Of a stretch of 50,268 nt of DNA, positions 1-7,894 are shown one piece after another. The translations under genes and the position numbers were made by a program. This DNA is from Gemmatimonadota bacterium. GTDB taxonomy: Bacteria > Gemmatimonadota > Gemmatimonadetes > Gemmatimonadales > GWC2-71-9. Under the pieces are notes generated by a model. That model was not told the DNA's origin and searched no databases. It worked only from the letters and a program-made list of their open reading frames with translations. Every line of letters starts with the position of its first letter. Position 1 is the first letter of the stretch. Location of the stretch: assembly GCA_039588295.1 (NCBI GenBank), contig JBDHAB010000016.1:1-50268 (forward strand). The letters run 5' to 3'.

Positions 1-180
1 CGTGAGGGTCCACCCCAGCCTCGCATAGTCCCCAAACCGATATCCGCCTGGTCCATACACCATGACGTTCGTCTGATAGGCGATCGGCGTGAGGAACGAT
101 GCGGAGGCCGCAACAGCGACCGCGATCGCGAAGGCCCCGGCGATTACCAGGATCACGTCGAGATCGACGGCGTTCCGCGT
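1..180 (-). pseudogene. C-terminal remnant of an SLC13/TrkA-C family permease with an apparent internal deletion; runs off the window edge
   Basis: Hand translation of the minus strand gives [60 protein letters not shown]. [20 protein letters not shown] is the SLC13 C-terminal signature. There is no start or N-terminal part; a heptamer array and the rarA stop lie immediately upstream. Confidence 0.7.
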
Positions 181-196
181 GCTCGGGCCCCGAAGG

Positions 197-296
197 GTGA
201 AAAGTGAACGGTGAGAAGTGAAAGCGACGTTCTAAGTGAGGGCACTGGTCAAGCAGACTCCGCGCCTCATTTCACCTTTCACCGTTCACCTTTCCC
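197..296. repeat. Inverted heptamer array pair 1 (4 x GTGARMR at 197-224; 4 x NTTTCAC-like at 269-296)
   Basis: gtgaaaa gtgaacg gtgagaa gtgaaag ... atttcac ctttcac cgttcac ctttccc. The rarA stop codon lies inside the second arm. Confidence 0.9.
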
Positions 297-1641
297 TGGG
301 GCCCTTTCTGGCCCGTAGTTTCACCCCCTCCCACCACACCATGCGCTCCCCCACCGTCTTCTCGTACCCACGATCCGTCGGCTCATACCACTTGGCGCCT
401 CGCACGGCCTCGGGGAGATGTTCCTGCCCCGCTGCGAGCCCCTCCTCCTCGGCGTGGTCGTAGCGATAGCCCTTCCCGTAGCCCAGATCCTTCATGAGTC
501 CGGTTGGGGCGTTGCGTATGTGCAACGGTACCGGTTCCGCTGGATGCTCCTGCGCAGCATTGAGCGCCTCGGACCAGGCCTGGTAGACCCGGTTGGACTT
601 TGGTGCGGTCGCCAGGTAGATCGCCGCCTCCGCCAGCGCCAGCTCGCCTTCGGGCGAGCCAAGGAAGTGAAACGCCTCCTTCGCCGCGAGTGCGATGCTC
701 AGGGCTCGGGGATCGGCTAGTCCAATGTCCTCCGCCGCCATCCGGACCATGCGCCGAACAATGTAAAGTGGGTCCTCGCCACCGACGATCATCCGGGCCA
801 GCCAGTACAGGGCTCCCTCGACGTCCGAGCCTCTGACAGCCTTGTGGAGCGCGGAGATGAGGTTGTAATGGAACTCGCCGGCCTTGTCGTACTGGGGAAG
901 GCGGCGGGAGAGGACGGATTCGACGTCACTGGGTGAAATGTGAAAAGTGAAAAGTGAAGGGTTCGAGCGCACGTAAGCCAAGAGTGCTTCGAGTGCATTG
1001 AGGGCCTGCCGAGCGTCACCGCTGGCGAACTTTACAATCGCGTCCAGGGCTTCTCTGGATACCTCGATTTCGTCCCCCGTTTCACGTTTCACCTTTCCCA
1101 TTTCACCAATCGCGCGATGTACAATCTCTCTCACGTGATCATCCGTAAGTGGCTGCAAAACATAGACTTGCAGCCGAGACAACAACGCGCTTGTGAGCTC
1201 GAAGCTGGGGTTCTGCGTCGTGGCTCCAATAAGCGTGACGACTCCCCGCTCAACCCAACGCAAGAAGGCGTCCTGCTGGGCCTTGTTGAACCGGTGGATC
1301 TCGTCGCAGAAGAGGATGGTTCCACGACCCTCGAGACGCTGTCGGTCCTCCGCTTCGGCAATGATCTGACGAACCCGTGGCACTCCTTCGGTCACCGCGC
1401 TGAAGGGCTCGAAGTGTTTGGCGGCGTTGGCGGCGATGAGGTAGGCCAGCGTCGTCTTGCCCGAGCCGGGAGGGCCCCAGAGCACGATGCTCGAGACCTC
1501 ACCCCGGAGAATCGCCTCGCGCAGCGGCCTGCCTTCTCCGAGGATGTGCTCTTGCCCGAGGAAGTCGTCGAGCGTGCGCGGGCGCATCCGGTCGGCCAGG
1601 GGACGATGGGCGTCGGTGGAGAACAGCGTGGGGTCGGTCAC
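286..1641 (-). CDS. rarA: Replication-associated recombination protein A (RarA/MgsA AAA+ ATPase)
   Basis: PLADRMRP, Walker A GPPGSGKTT, Walker B DEIHRFNKAQQD, GATTQNP, GDAR, SALHKAVRG, EDIGLADP, VPLHIRNAPT. Start taken as GTG at 1641 because the longer ORF only reads through the repeat array. Confidence 0.95.
   Translation of the reverse strand: MTDPTLFSTDAHRPLADRMRPRTLDDFLGQEHILGEGRPLREAILRGEVSSIVLWGPPGSGKTTLAYLIAANAAKHFEPFSAVTEGVPRVRQIIAEAEDRQRLEGRGTILFCDEIHRFNKAQQDAFLRWVERGVVTLIGATTQNPSFELTSALLSRLQVYVLQPLTDDHVREIVHRAIGEMGKVKRETGDEIEVSREALDAIVKFASGDARQALNALEALLAYVRSNPSLFTFHISPSDVESVLSRRLPQYDKAGEFHYNLISALHKAVRGSDVEGALYWLARMIVGGEDPLYIVRRMVRMAAEDIGLADPRALSIALAAKEAFHFLGSPEGELALAEAAIYLATAPKSNRVYQAWSEALNAAQEHPAEPVPLHIRNAPTGLMKDLGYGKGYRYDHAEEEGLAAGQEHLPEAVRGAKWYEPTDRGYEKTVGERMVWWEGVKLRARKGPRER
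933..1106. repeat. Inverted heptamer array pair 2, inside rarA and in frame (933-960 and 1079-1106)
   Basis: gtgaaat gtgaaaa gtgaaaa gtgaagg (encodes PSLFTFHIS) and gtttcac gtttcac ctttccc atttcac (encodes GEMGKVKRET). Confidence 0.88.
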
Positions 1642-1643
1642 GC

Positions 1644-1699
1644 GTGAAAGGTGGAAGGTGAACAGTGAAAAGTGAACAGTGAAGAGTGAAAGGTGAAGG
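1644..1699. repeat. Heptamer array, left arm of pair 3 (8 units of GTGAAAR-like)
   Basis: gtgaaag gtggaag gtgaaca gtgaaaa gtgaaca gtgaaga gtgaaag gtgaagg. Confidence 0.95.
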
Positions 1700-1772
1700 G
1701 CCTGCGACGAATCGATGGGCAGTGAGGCAGAACGCCCACACCGACCCGGGCGCAATCGGCGATCATGTCGTC

Positions 1773-2138
1773 GTGCACAAGCTCGAGAAGCTCGAAGTCT
1801 GGAAGGTCGCCAGACGCCTGTCCAAGGGGGCGTACGGTCTCACGCTCCACCCACCCCTCAGTCAGCACTTCGGGCTGTCAGATCAAATCCGGCGAGCGGC
1901 TTCGTCAATTCCGGCAAATGTGGCGGAGGGGTACGGCCTCAGCACGACATCGCAGCTGATCCGCTGCGTTCGCATTTCTCTGGGATCGGCTTATGAGCTC
2001 AAGTCACACCTAACACTCGCACGTGAGCTCGAGCTCGTGACAGCTGACGCACACGAGCCAGTCGACCGCGACTGCGACGGGACCATCCGCTTGCTCATTG
2101 GACTCCTGCGCGGACTCGGAGCGCGGCTGCCCAGATAG
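1773..2138 (+). CDS. Four helix bundle protein (23S rRNA IVS protein / Avd-like family)
   Basis: KLEVWK...L, FGLSDQIRRAASSIPANVAEGYG and ISLGSAYELKSHL match the family motifs (L.VW; QIRRA..SI..NIAEG; GS..E). About 121 aa from GTG 1773. Antisense to both neighbours. Confidence 0.9.
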   Translation: MHKLEKLEVWKVARRLSKGAYGLTLHPPLSQHFGLSDQIRRAASSIPANVAEGYGLSTTSQLIRCVRISLGSAYELKSHLTLARELELVTADAHEPVDRDCDGTIRLLIGLLRGLGARLPR

Positions 2139-2149
2139 CCAAAGACCAC

Positions 2150-2204
2150 CCTTCACCTTTCACCTTCACCTTTCACTTTTCACTTTTCACTTTTCACTTT
2201 TCAC
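2150..2204. repeat. Heptamer array, right arm of pair 3 (8 units of YTTTCAC-like)
   Basis: ccttcac ctttcac cttcac ctttcac ttttcac ttttcac ttttcac ttttcac; approximately the reverse complement of 1644-1699. Confidence 0.95.
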
Positions 2205-2212
2205 CTGCTTCC

Positions 2213-2935
2213 CTACCCCACCCCCACCGCCGCCAACAGCTCCCCAGCACCGAACGAGCTCGCCGCACCCAGGAAGAAGGCAATCGGAAGCCCGTAGCCA
2301 CTCTTCCCCTGAAACTCCGGCACCAGGTTCGAGGCGCCGACGTAGAGCGTCACACCGGCCGACAGCGCCAGACCGTGTGCTGCGAGAAAGGACACCCAAT
2401 CGGTCGTGAGCACTCCAACGACGGTTGCGGCACCGAGCAGCGCGGCGCTTCCAATCGCGCGCGAGGGTTTGGCGCCGCCCGCGAGCTGGAGGCTCGCGAT
2501 GGTGAGTCCTTCCGGCAGCTTGTGGAGCAGGATGGCGAGGAAGACCAAGACGCCGAGCGCGCGGCTCACCGCAAACCCACTGGCGATCGCGACCCCGTCG
2601 AAAAACGTGTGCAACAGCAGTCCGATGAGAGCCGTCACGCCGGCCGTCTGCGTCACGTGGTGCGTCTCTTCGCCGAAGTGGAAGTGCTGCGTGGCAGTGT
2701 GTTGACTGAGGTGCACAAGGAGATATCCGGCCAACACATAGAACGCTGCTCGGGGGCCACCGAGGTCGAATGCCTCCGGGAGCATCCGCACCAAGGCGAC
2801 CGAGATCATGAACCCGGCGCCGAAAGCGACGAAACCAGAGATGATCTTGATACCCAGCTTCGCACCGCGAACGGCGGCTACCCCACCGAGCAGGTTGCCA
2901 AGTGCGGCGATGATCGCGTAAGGGAGCGCTGACAT
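2213..2935 (-). CDS. ZIP family metal (zinc) transporter
   Basis: Multi-TM protein with LLHTFFDG and LLHKLPEG metal-site helices and a His-rich loop (HFHFGEETHH). Its start overlaps the cca stop. Confidence 0.9.
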   Translation of the reverse strand: MSALPYAIIAALGNLLGGVAAVRGAKLGIKIISGFVAFGAGFMISVALVRMLPEAFDLGGPRAAFYVLAGYLLVHLSQHTATQHFHFGEETHHVTQTAGVTALIGLLLHTFFDGVAIASGFAVSRALGVLVFLAILLHKLPEGLTIASLQLAGGAKPSRAIGSAALLGAATVVGVLTTDWVSFLAAHGLALSAGVTLYVGASNLVPEFQGKSGYGLPIAFFLGAASSFGAGELLAAVGVG

Positions 2936-4170
2936 CAGTCGGTCTTCCCACCCCGCTTGGCGTCGGACGAGGGCGCGCCACCGACGGCAAGAGCACGCGC
3001 CCGTGTCAGCAGCGCTGCCTTGGAGTTGAGCGACGGATCGTCCAGCGCCGACTCGAGGAGCCGCCGAAGCATCGCACCAACCGCGGGACCTTCAGGAATG
3101 CCGAACTCCAGAAGATCACTGCCGTCGATGTCGAGATCGCCGACCTCAAGGGGCGCGCCGGAGACCCTGACTTCGCGCACGGTCTGCGAGAGGAGCGCAC
3201 CGGTCCCTTCGGCCAGCGCAGCGGCCACGAGATCGTCCACCGCCATTCCCGCCGCAGCCATCCAGCGCCTCACCGAAGCCGGCGAACCCGGATCCGGCCA
3301 ATGGCCTCGCAGGAGCCCGAATCTCCGGCCCCGTTCCACCTCGGAATTGGAGCATCGCAGACGGCGGAGCGTCTGTTCGGGGCGCGCGGAAAGGTACGAG
3401 GTGAGGAGCATGGCATCGCCTGCGGCGAACCGGTCGACCACCTCCCTCCTGCCCCCACCCGGTTCCCGCAACTCCGGCAGCCAAAGCCCGACCGCCCCAA
3501 CCACGTCCCACATCCTCACCAACTCACTGGGCTTCTTGGCTCCCGCCAGCCCCCGCAACCACTCCCCCCTCACCCGTTCAGCCGACAGATGCTCGAGACC
3601 CGACGCGTTCGCCATTGCCGCTTCCCATGTATCGGGTTCGATCTCGAAGCCAAACCGGGCGGCGAATCGGAAAGCGCGCAGGATCCTGAGATAGTCCTCT
3701 TGGAACCGGAGGTTCGGGTCCCCCACCGCCCGAATGACGCCATGCTCGAGATCGGCCTGACCGTTGTGGGGATCCTGCCACTCGCCTCGGAGCGGATGGT
3801 ACGCGATCGCGTTGATGGTGAAGTCGCGCCGAGCCAGATCGGCGTCGAGCGACACACCGAATTCCACCTGAGCATGCCGCCCGTCCGTGACCACGTCGCG
3901 GCGGAATGTGGTGACCTCGTGCAGCTCGCTTTCAGAGTCGAGGATCGCCACGGTCCCGTGTTCGACCCCAATCGGGATGGTCCGCCGAAACAATCGACGG
4001 ATCTCTTCGGGGCGCGCCGCGGTGGCTAGGTCGAAGTCGTTGTTCTCGAGATCGAGCAAGTTGTCCCGCACGGCTCCGCCGACACACCAGGTTTCGAAGC
4101 CGGCGGACTCGAGTTGCTCGGCGATCCGGAGCACCTCAAGAGGAATCGGAAGACGGTCGGGGAATGGCAT
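2935..4170 (-). CDS. cca: CCA tRNA nucleotidyltransferase (PolyA_pol family)
   Basis: VGGAVRD, DFDLAT, EVTTFRRD, DLARRDFTINAIA, EDYLRILRAFRF, SAERVRGE, C-terminal GP.VG..L motif. Start at ATG 4170. Confidence 0.9.
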   Translation of the reverse strand: MPFPDRLPIPLEVLRIAEQLESAGFETWCVGGAVRDNLLDLENNDFDLATAARPEEIRRLFRRTIPIGVEHGTVAILDSESELHEVTTFRRDVVTDGRHAQVEFGVSLDADLARRDFTINAIAYHPLRGEWQDPHNGQADLEHGVIRAVGDPNLRFQEDYLRILRAFRFAARFGFEIEPDTWEAAMANASGLEHLSAERVRGEWLRGLAGAKKPSELVRMWDVVGAVGLWLPELREPGGGRREVVDRFAAGDAMLLTSYLSARPEQTLRRLRCSNSEVERGRRFGLLRGHWPDPGSPASVRRWMAAAGMAVDDLVAAALAEGTGALLSQTVREVRVSGAPLEVGDLDIDGSDLLEFGIPEGPAVGAMLRRLLESALDDPSLNSKAALLTRARALAVGGAPSSDAKRGGKTD

Positions 4171-4301
4171 CCAAAAGCAAATATAGGGCGGAGGGCCTGT
4201 GCAGGGCGTGCAGGGCGAGCTGGCATTGGGCGATACCCTACTCCATCGCCTCGGATCCGACGGAGGACTCCTTATTCGCTCTGACCGCCGGCCCCCCGGC
4301 G

Positions 4302-4837
4302 TCAAGTTTGGAGCAGCACGTTGGCGATCCGCTGCGCGGCCTTGCCGTCCCAGCGCTCGATCATCGGTGCGGCCTCGGGCCGACGCCCAAAGGCGTCGTT
4401 GGCGGCTGCCACGACCGCACTCCTGGTTGACACACCCAGACGATTCGTACCGTGGACGACCAGTCGCGACTTCGCACCCCAGCCTCGACGTACCCCACCC
4501 GAACGCCAAGCTTCGACGCCACGAGCGCTGCGGCTACGGTGGAGTTCACATCGCCACAGACCAACATGACATCGGGCCGCTCCGACTGAATGACCGGCTC
4601 GATCTACTTCATGATATCCGCAGTCTGCGGGGCTTGCGATGCGGATCCGACGCCGAGGTTGCAGTGGGGGTCCGGGAGGTCGAGGTCGTCGAAGAACGTA
4701 TCGGACATTTCTCGATCGTAGTGCTGGCCGGTGTGGAGGATGACGTGTCCAACACCGCCCCGGCTTTCAAGGGCCCGGTGGAGCGGGGCCAGTTTCATGA
4801 AATTGGGCGCGCCCCTACAACGGAGAGAATCCGCAGC
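4302..4837 (-). pseudogene. wecB: Decayed UDP-N-acetylglucosamine 2-epimerase (non-hydrolysing)
   Basis: LRILSVVGARP / frameshift / NFMKLAPL..HTGQHYD..NLGVGS..QTADIMK* IEPV..PDVMLVCGDVNST..VEAGVRSRDWS, then a jump to VHGTNRL..WDGKAAQRIANVLLQT*. Confidence 0.9.
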
Positions 4838-4840
4838 GGT

Positions 4841-5626
4841 TTAGAAGATGGATATCAAGGCAATAGCGCTAAGGGGCAGCGCCAGCAGCAGCGACACGGT
4901 GCGGAGAGCGCCCTCCGACCCGCCAAGCGTGGCCCGTCGAGGAACAAAGATGCGGTCCCCACCCCGGAGACTCAGCTCGTCGAGCGTTCTCCCCTGTGCG
5001 AGCCCTTGCTGTACCGCCTCCCGGGATACCACCCGTCGACCGCCCCGCTCTATCCGGATACCATCCAGATTCGCTTCTCCTACCGGTCCGCCGGCGAACA
5101 TGATTGCATCCGGCAGCGGGGTCTCTGAGGGCAAGAGGTGGAACCCGGGTCGACTCACGGCGCCGTCAAGCTGGATCCGGATCAGCGAATGCGACTCCAG
5201 TCTCACATCACGGACGAAACGAACGAAGTGATTCGCAAGCTGCGTCTGGAGCTCCGATCGCAGCACACCTTGCAGCTGGACCTCGCCAAGCTCGGGGAAC
5301 CTGATGATCTGGCCAGAGGCGACCAAGAACGTGTCCGAGAGAGCCTCCTGGCCCTCGACGAGCAGCACGACTCGGTCCCCGACTTGGAAGTCCCCCTGTT
5401 CAAGCCGCGATCGCACCGCTTCCGCCTCGTACCGCGCGCGATCGCGGAGGGTCTCGCTGTACGCGGTCGACGCCATCGAGCGTTGGTAGAACTCGAGCAA
5501 GCTGGTCAATTGGGCACGCGAGACGTACGTGCGTTGCGGATCCCGCGTGGAGACCTCTTGGCCACCTGCCGGCGGGGCAAGGCCGATCATCAGTGCGACA
5601 ACAACTACAAGTCGAATCAGGCGCAT
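4841..5626 (-). CDS. Polysaccharide export protein (Wza/Poly_export + SLBB domain)
   Basis: Signal peptide, FQVGDRVVLLV, G.I.FPELGEV.L.G, GAVSRPG, DAIMFAGG, LRGGDRIFVP, hydrophobic C-terminal helix. Confidence 0.85.
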   Translation of the reverse strand: MRLIRLVVVVALMIGLAPPAGGQEVSTRDPQRTYVSRAQLTSLLEFYQRSMASTAYSETLRDRARYEAEAVRSRLEQGDFQVGDRVVLLVEGQEALSDTFLVASGQIIRFPELGEVQLQGVLRSELQTQLANHFVRFVRDVRLESHSLIRIQLDGAVSRPGFHLLPSETPLPDAIMFAGGPVGEANLDGIRIERGGRRVVSREAVQQGLAQGRTLDELSLRGGDRIFVPRRATLGGSEGALRTVSLLLALPLSAIALISIF

Positions 5627-5678
5627 AAGGTTGGGTGTATCCGAATCGAGGTGATGGGTGTCCCTGCGAAGTCCGGGA

Positions 5679-7505
5679 TCACTCGACGGTAACGCTCTTC
5701 GCCAGGTTGCGGGGCTTGTCCACGTCGCAGCCCCTCATCACCGCAATATGATACGCCAACAGCTGCAGCGGAATCGAGGTGATCAGCGAGGACAGAAGGG
5801 GTGGCGCCTTGGGCACGCGCAGCTCATGATCCACCAGATCCGACAACTCGCCGTTCCCGTCGCTGGTGATCGCGATCATCCGACCACCTCGCGCCTTCAC
5901 CTCCTGCATGTTTGCGAGCACCTTCTGGTACACCTGATCGTGTGGCGCAATAAACGCGACCGGCATGTTCTCATCGATCAGCGCAATCGGTCCGTGCTTC
6001 ATCTCTGCGGCTGGATACCCTTCCGCATGGATGTAACTGATCTCCTTGAGCTTGAGAGCACCTTCCAGGGCTACCGGGAAGTTCACGCCGCGCCCGAGAT
6101 ACAGGAAGTTCCGCACGTGCTCATAGTGGCGGGCGATCTCTTCCACCACCGGGTCCAGCTCCAACACCTGACTGACCAAATCGGGGAGTCGAGCAAGTTG
6201 ATGCACCAGTTCCTGGCCCTGCGCCAACGTAAGCCCCCGCCGGCGACCGAGGTAAAGCCCCAGCAGACAGAGGGCGGCGATCTGCGACGTGAACGCCTTG
6301 GTCGAAGCCACGCCGATCTCCGGTCCCGCGTGAAGGTAAATGCCTCCGTCGCACTCCCGGGCAATTGTACTTCCCACCACGTTCACGATCCCAATGAGTC
6401 GCGAGCCCATGGCCCTTGCGACGCGCATTGCCTCCAGGGTATCCGCCGTCTCCCCCGACTGTGAGATCGCCACGGTCAGTGTACCGGGTACCACGATCTG
6501 ACTGCGGTACCGGAACTCCGACGCGTACTCGACTTCCACCGGAATCGCGGCTAATTCCTCGATGATATGCCGGCCGACCAATCCAGCGTGCCAGGACGTT
6601 CCGCACGCCAACACTCGGATCCGCCGGATTCTGTCCGCCTCGTGCGGTGGCAGATTCAGACCGTTCAGCCTGGCCGTGCCCTCCTCAAAGAGCAACCTCC
6701 CTCGAAGCGTGGCGGCAATGCTGTCCGGCTGCTCGCAGATCTCCTTGAGCATGAAGTGAGGATACCCGCTCAGCTCGATGGCTCCGATCTCCCAGTCGAT
6801 ATCGGAGATGGGCCGCTCCAGGTCACGCTCGTCCGCGTCCACTACCCGATATCCGTCGGTCGTGAGCACCGCCGTGTCTCCGTCATCGAGGTACACCACC
6901 TGCCGGGTGTGCTCGAGCACGGCTGCAGCGTCCGAGGCGACAAAAAACTCGCCGTCACCCACCCCAAGCAGCACTGGTGACCCCTTCCTCGCGACCACAA
7001 TCTTTCCAGGCTCGCCTGCCGACATGACCGCAAGTCCGTAGGCACCTTCAACATGTTCGAGTGCACGGATCAGGCGGTGCTCCAGGCTGGTACCCGGCGC
7101 ATCCTCGAGAAGGTGCGCGATCGTCTCGCTATCGGTATCGGTGCGAAACCTGTGGCCCGTAGCTTCGAGTTGATGGCGGAGGGCATCGGCGTTCTCGATG
7201 ATCCCGTTGTGCACCACGACAATCGTCTCGGAACAGTCGGTATGTGGATGGGCGTTGGCCGACGTCGGCGATCCATGCGTGGCCCACCTGGTGTGGGCAA
7301 TGCCGGCGGTGCCGAGAACCGGCGCGTCCCGCAGAAGGGCGTCGAGGGCCTCGACCCGCCCGGCGAGTTTGCGAACGTCGAGGCCCTTACCATTCTGGAT
7401 GGCGACCCCGGCCGAATCGTAGCCTCGGTACTCCAGTCGCCGCAGCCCCTCAACCAACAGGGGCGCCGCCGGCCGCGAGCCCGTGTACCCAACGATGCCA
7501 CACAT
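5679..7505 (-). CDS. glmS: Glutamine-fructose-6-phosphate transaminase (isomerizing)
   Basis: MCGIVG, LEYRGYDSAG, HTRWATHG, HNGIIEN, SQSGETADT, ALKLKEISY, RNLAKSVTVE. Confidence 0.98.
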   Translation of the reverse strand: MCGIVGYTGSRPAAPLLVEGLRRLEYRGYDSAGVAIQNGKGLDVRKLAGRVEALDALLRDAPVLGTAGIAHTRWATHGSPTSANAHPHTDCSETIVVVHNGIIENADALRHQLEATGHRFRTDTDSETIAHLLEDAPGTSLEHRLIRALEHVEGAYGLAVMSAGEPGKIVVARKGSPVLLGVGDGEFFVASDAAAVLEHTRQVVYLDDGDTAVLTTDGYRVVDADERDLERPISDIDWEIGAIELSGYPHFMLKEICEQPDSIAATLRGRLLFEEGTARLNGLNLPPHEADRIRRIRVLACGTSWHAGLVGRHIIEELAAIPVEVEYASEFRYRSQIVVPGTLTVAISQSGETADTLEAMRVARAMGSRLIGIVNVVGSTIARECDGGIYLHAGPEIGVASTKAFTSQIAALCLLGLYLGRRRGLTLAQGQELVHQLARLPDLVSQVLELDPVVEEIARHYEHVRNFLYLGRGVNFPVALEGALKLKEISYIHAEGYPAAEMKHGPIALIDENMPVAFIAPHDQVYQKVLANMQEVKARGGRMIAITSDGNGELSDLVDHELRVPKAPPLLSSLITSIPLQLLAYHIAVMRGCDVDKPRNLAKSVTVE

Positions 7506-7511
7506 CGAATG

Positions 7512-7784
7512 CTACTCCGTTTCTGAAGACAGCAAGGGACCGGACTCCGCGCCGATGCCAAAGCGCGCAAACTGCGAGAGGCGCTTGAGCATGAACTCGT
7601 CGGCCTGATTGGCGGGAAGCACCGCATCGCACCGCTCACACAGGAACACGCGAAGCGCGGCATCCGCCTCACCATCGTGGACGCTCCCGGATACGTGAGA
7701 TCTGGGAGATCTCTCGGCCATTCCCTCGCAGTGTCTACACAGCACCGCTCGACTTGCCTCGCTCCCTGCGGAACCATTCACCAT
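7512..7784 (-). CDS. Small hypothetical protein with two CxxC motifs (putative zinc ribbon)
   Basis: 90 aa with CRHC ... CERC. The stop is 6 nt before the glmS ATG, and the glmS SD (GGAG) lies in its 3' end. Confidence 0.55.
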   Translation of the reverse strand: MVNGSAGSEASRAVLCRHCEGMAERSPRSHVSGSVHDGEADAALRVFLCERCDAVLPANQADEFMLKRLSQFARFGIGAESGPLLSSETE

Positions 7785-7878
7785 CCGACCCGCCCACCCA
7801 ATGCCCCCACAAACAAGTTCAGGGCCAGGTTGGCGGTCCAGCGACCGACCATAGGTAACCGTCAGGCACAAAGACACT

Positions 7879-7894
7879 TGCATGATTCGAGCCC
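7879..7894 (-). promoter_or_regulatory. Candidate sigma-54 promoter for the zinc ribbon-glmS-wza unit
   Basis: Minus strand GGGCTCGAATCATGCA (GG-N10-GC). Confidence 0.45.

Noticed and set aside
1642..1755. N-terminal extension of RarA (..HLSLFTVHFSLFTFHL..) and similar 5' extensions of cca, the pyruvyl transferase, both deacetylases, FemAB and GT4 in the ORF track
   Set aside because: They are read-through of repeats, promoters or neighbouring genes; family homology starts at the downstream starts given.
1773..2138. Four-helix bundle as the Avd of a diversity-generating retroelement, or as part of a 23S rRNA IVS
   Set aside because: No reverse transcriptase, no TR/VR pair differing at adenines, and no rRNA sequence in the window.
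1644..2204. Heptamer arrays as a CRISPR array or IS terminal inverted repeats
   Set aside because: Units are 7-nt tandem repeats without spacers, and there is no cas gene, transposase or clear target-site duplication.
3441..3476. Degenerate G-rich heptamer-like stretch inside cca (LREPGGGRRE)
   Set aside because: Periodicity is weak, it differs from the GTGAAAR family, and no inverted partner was found.
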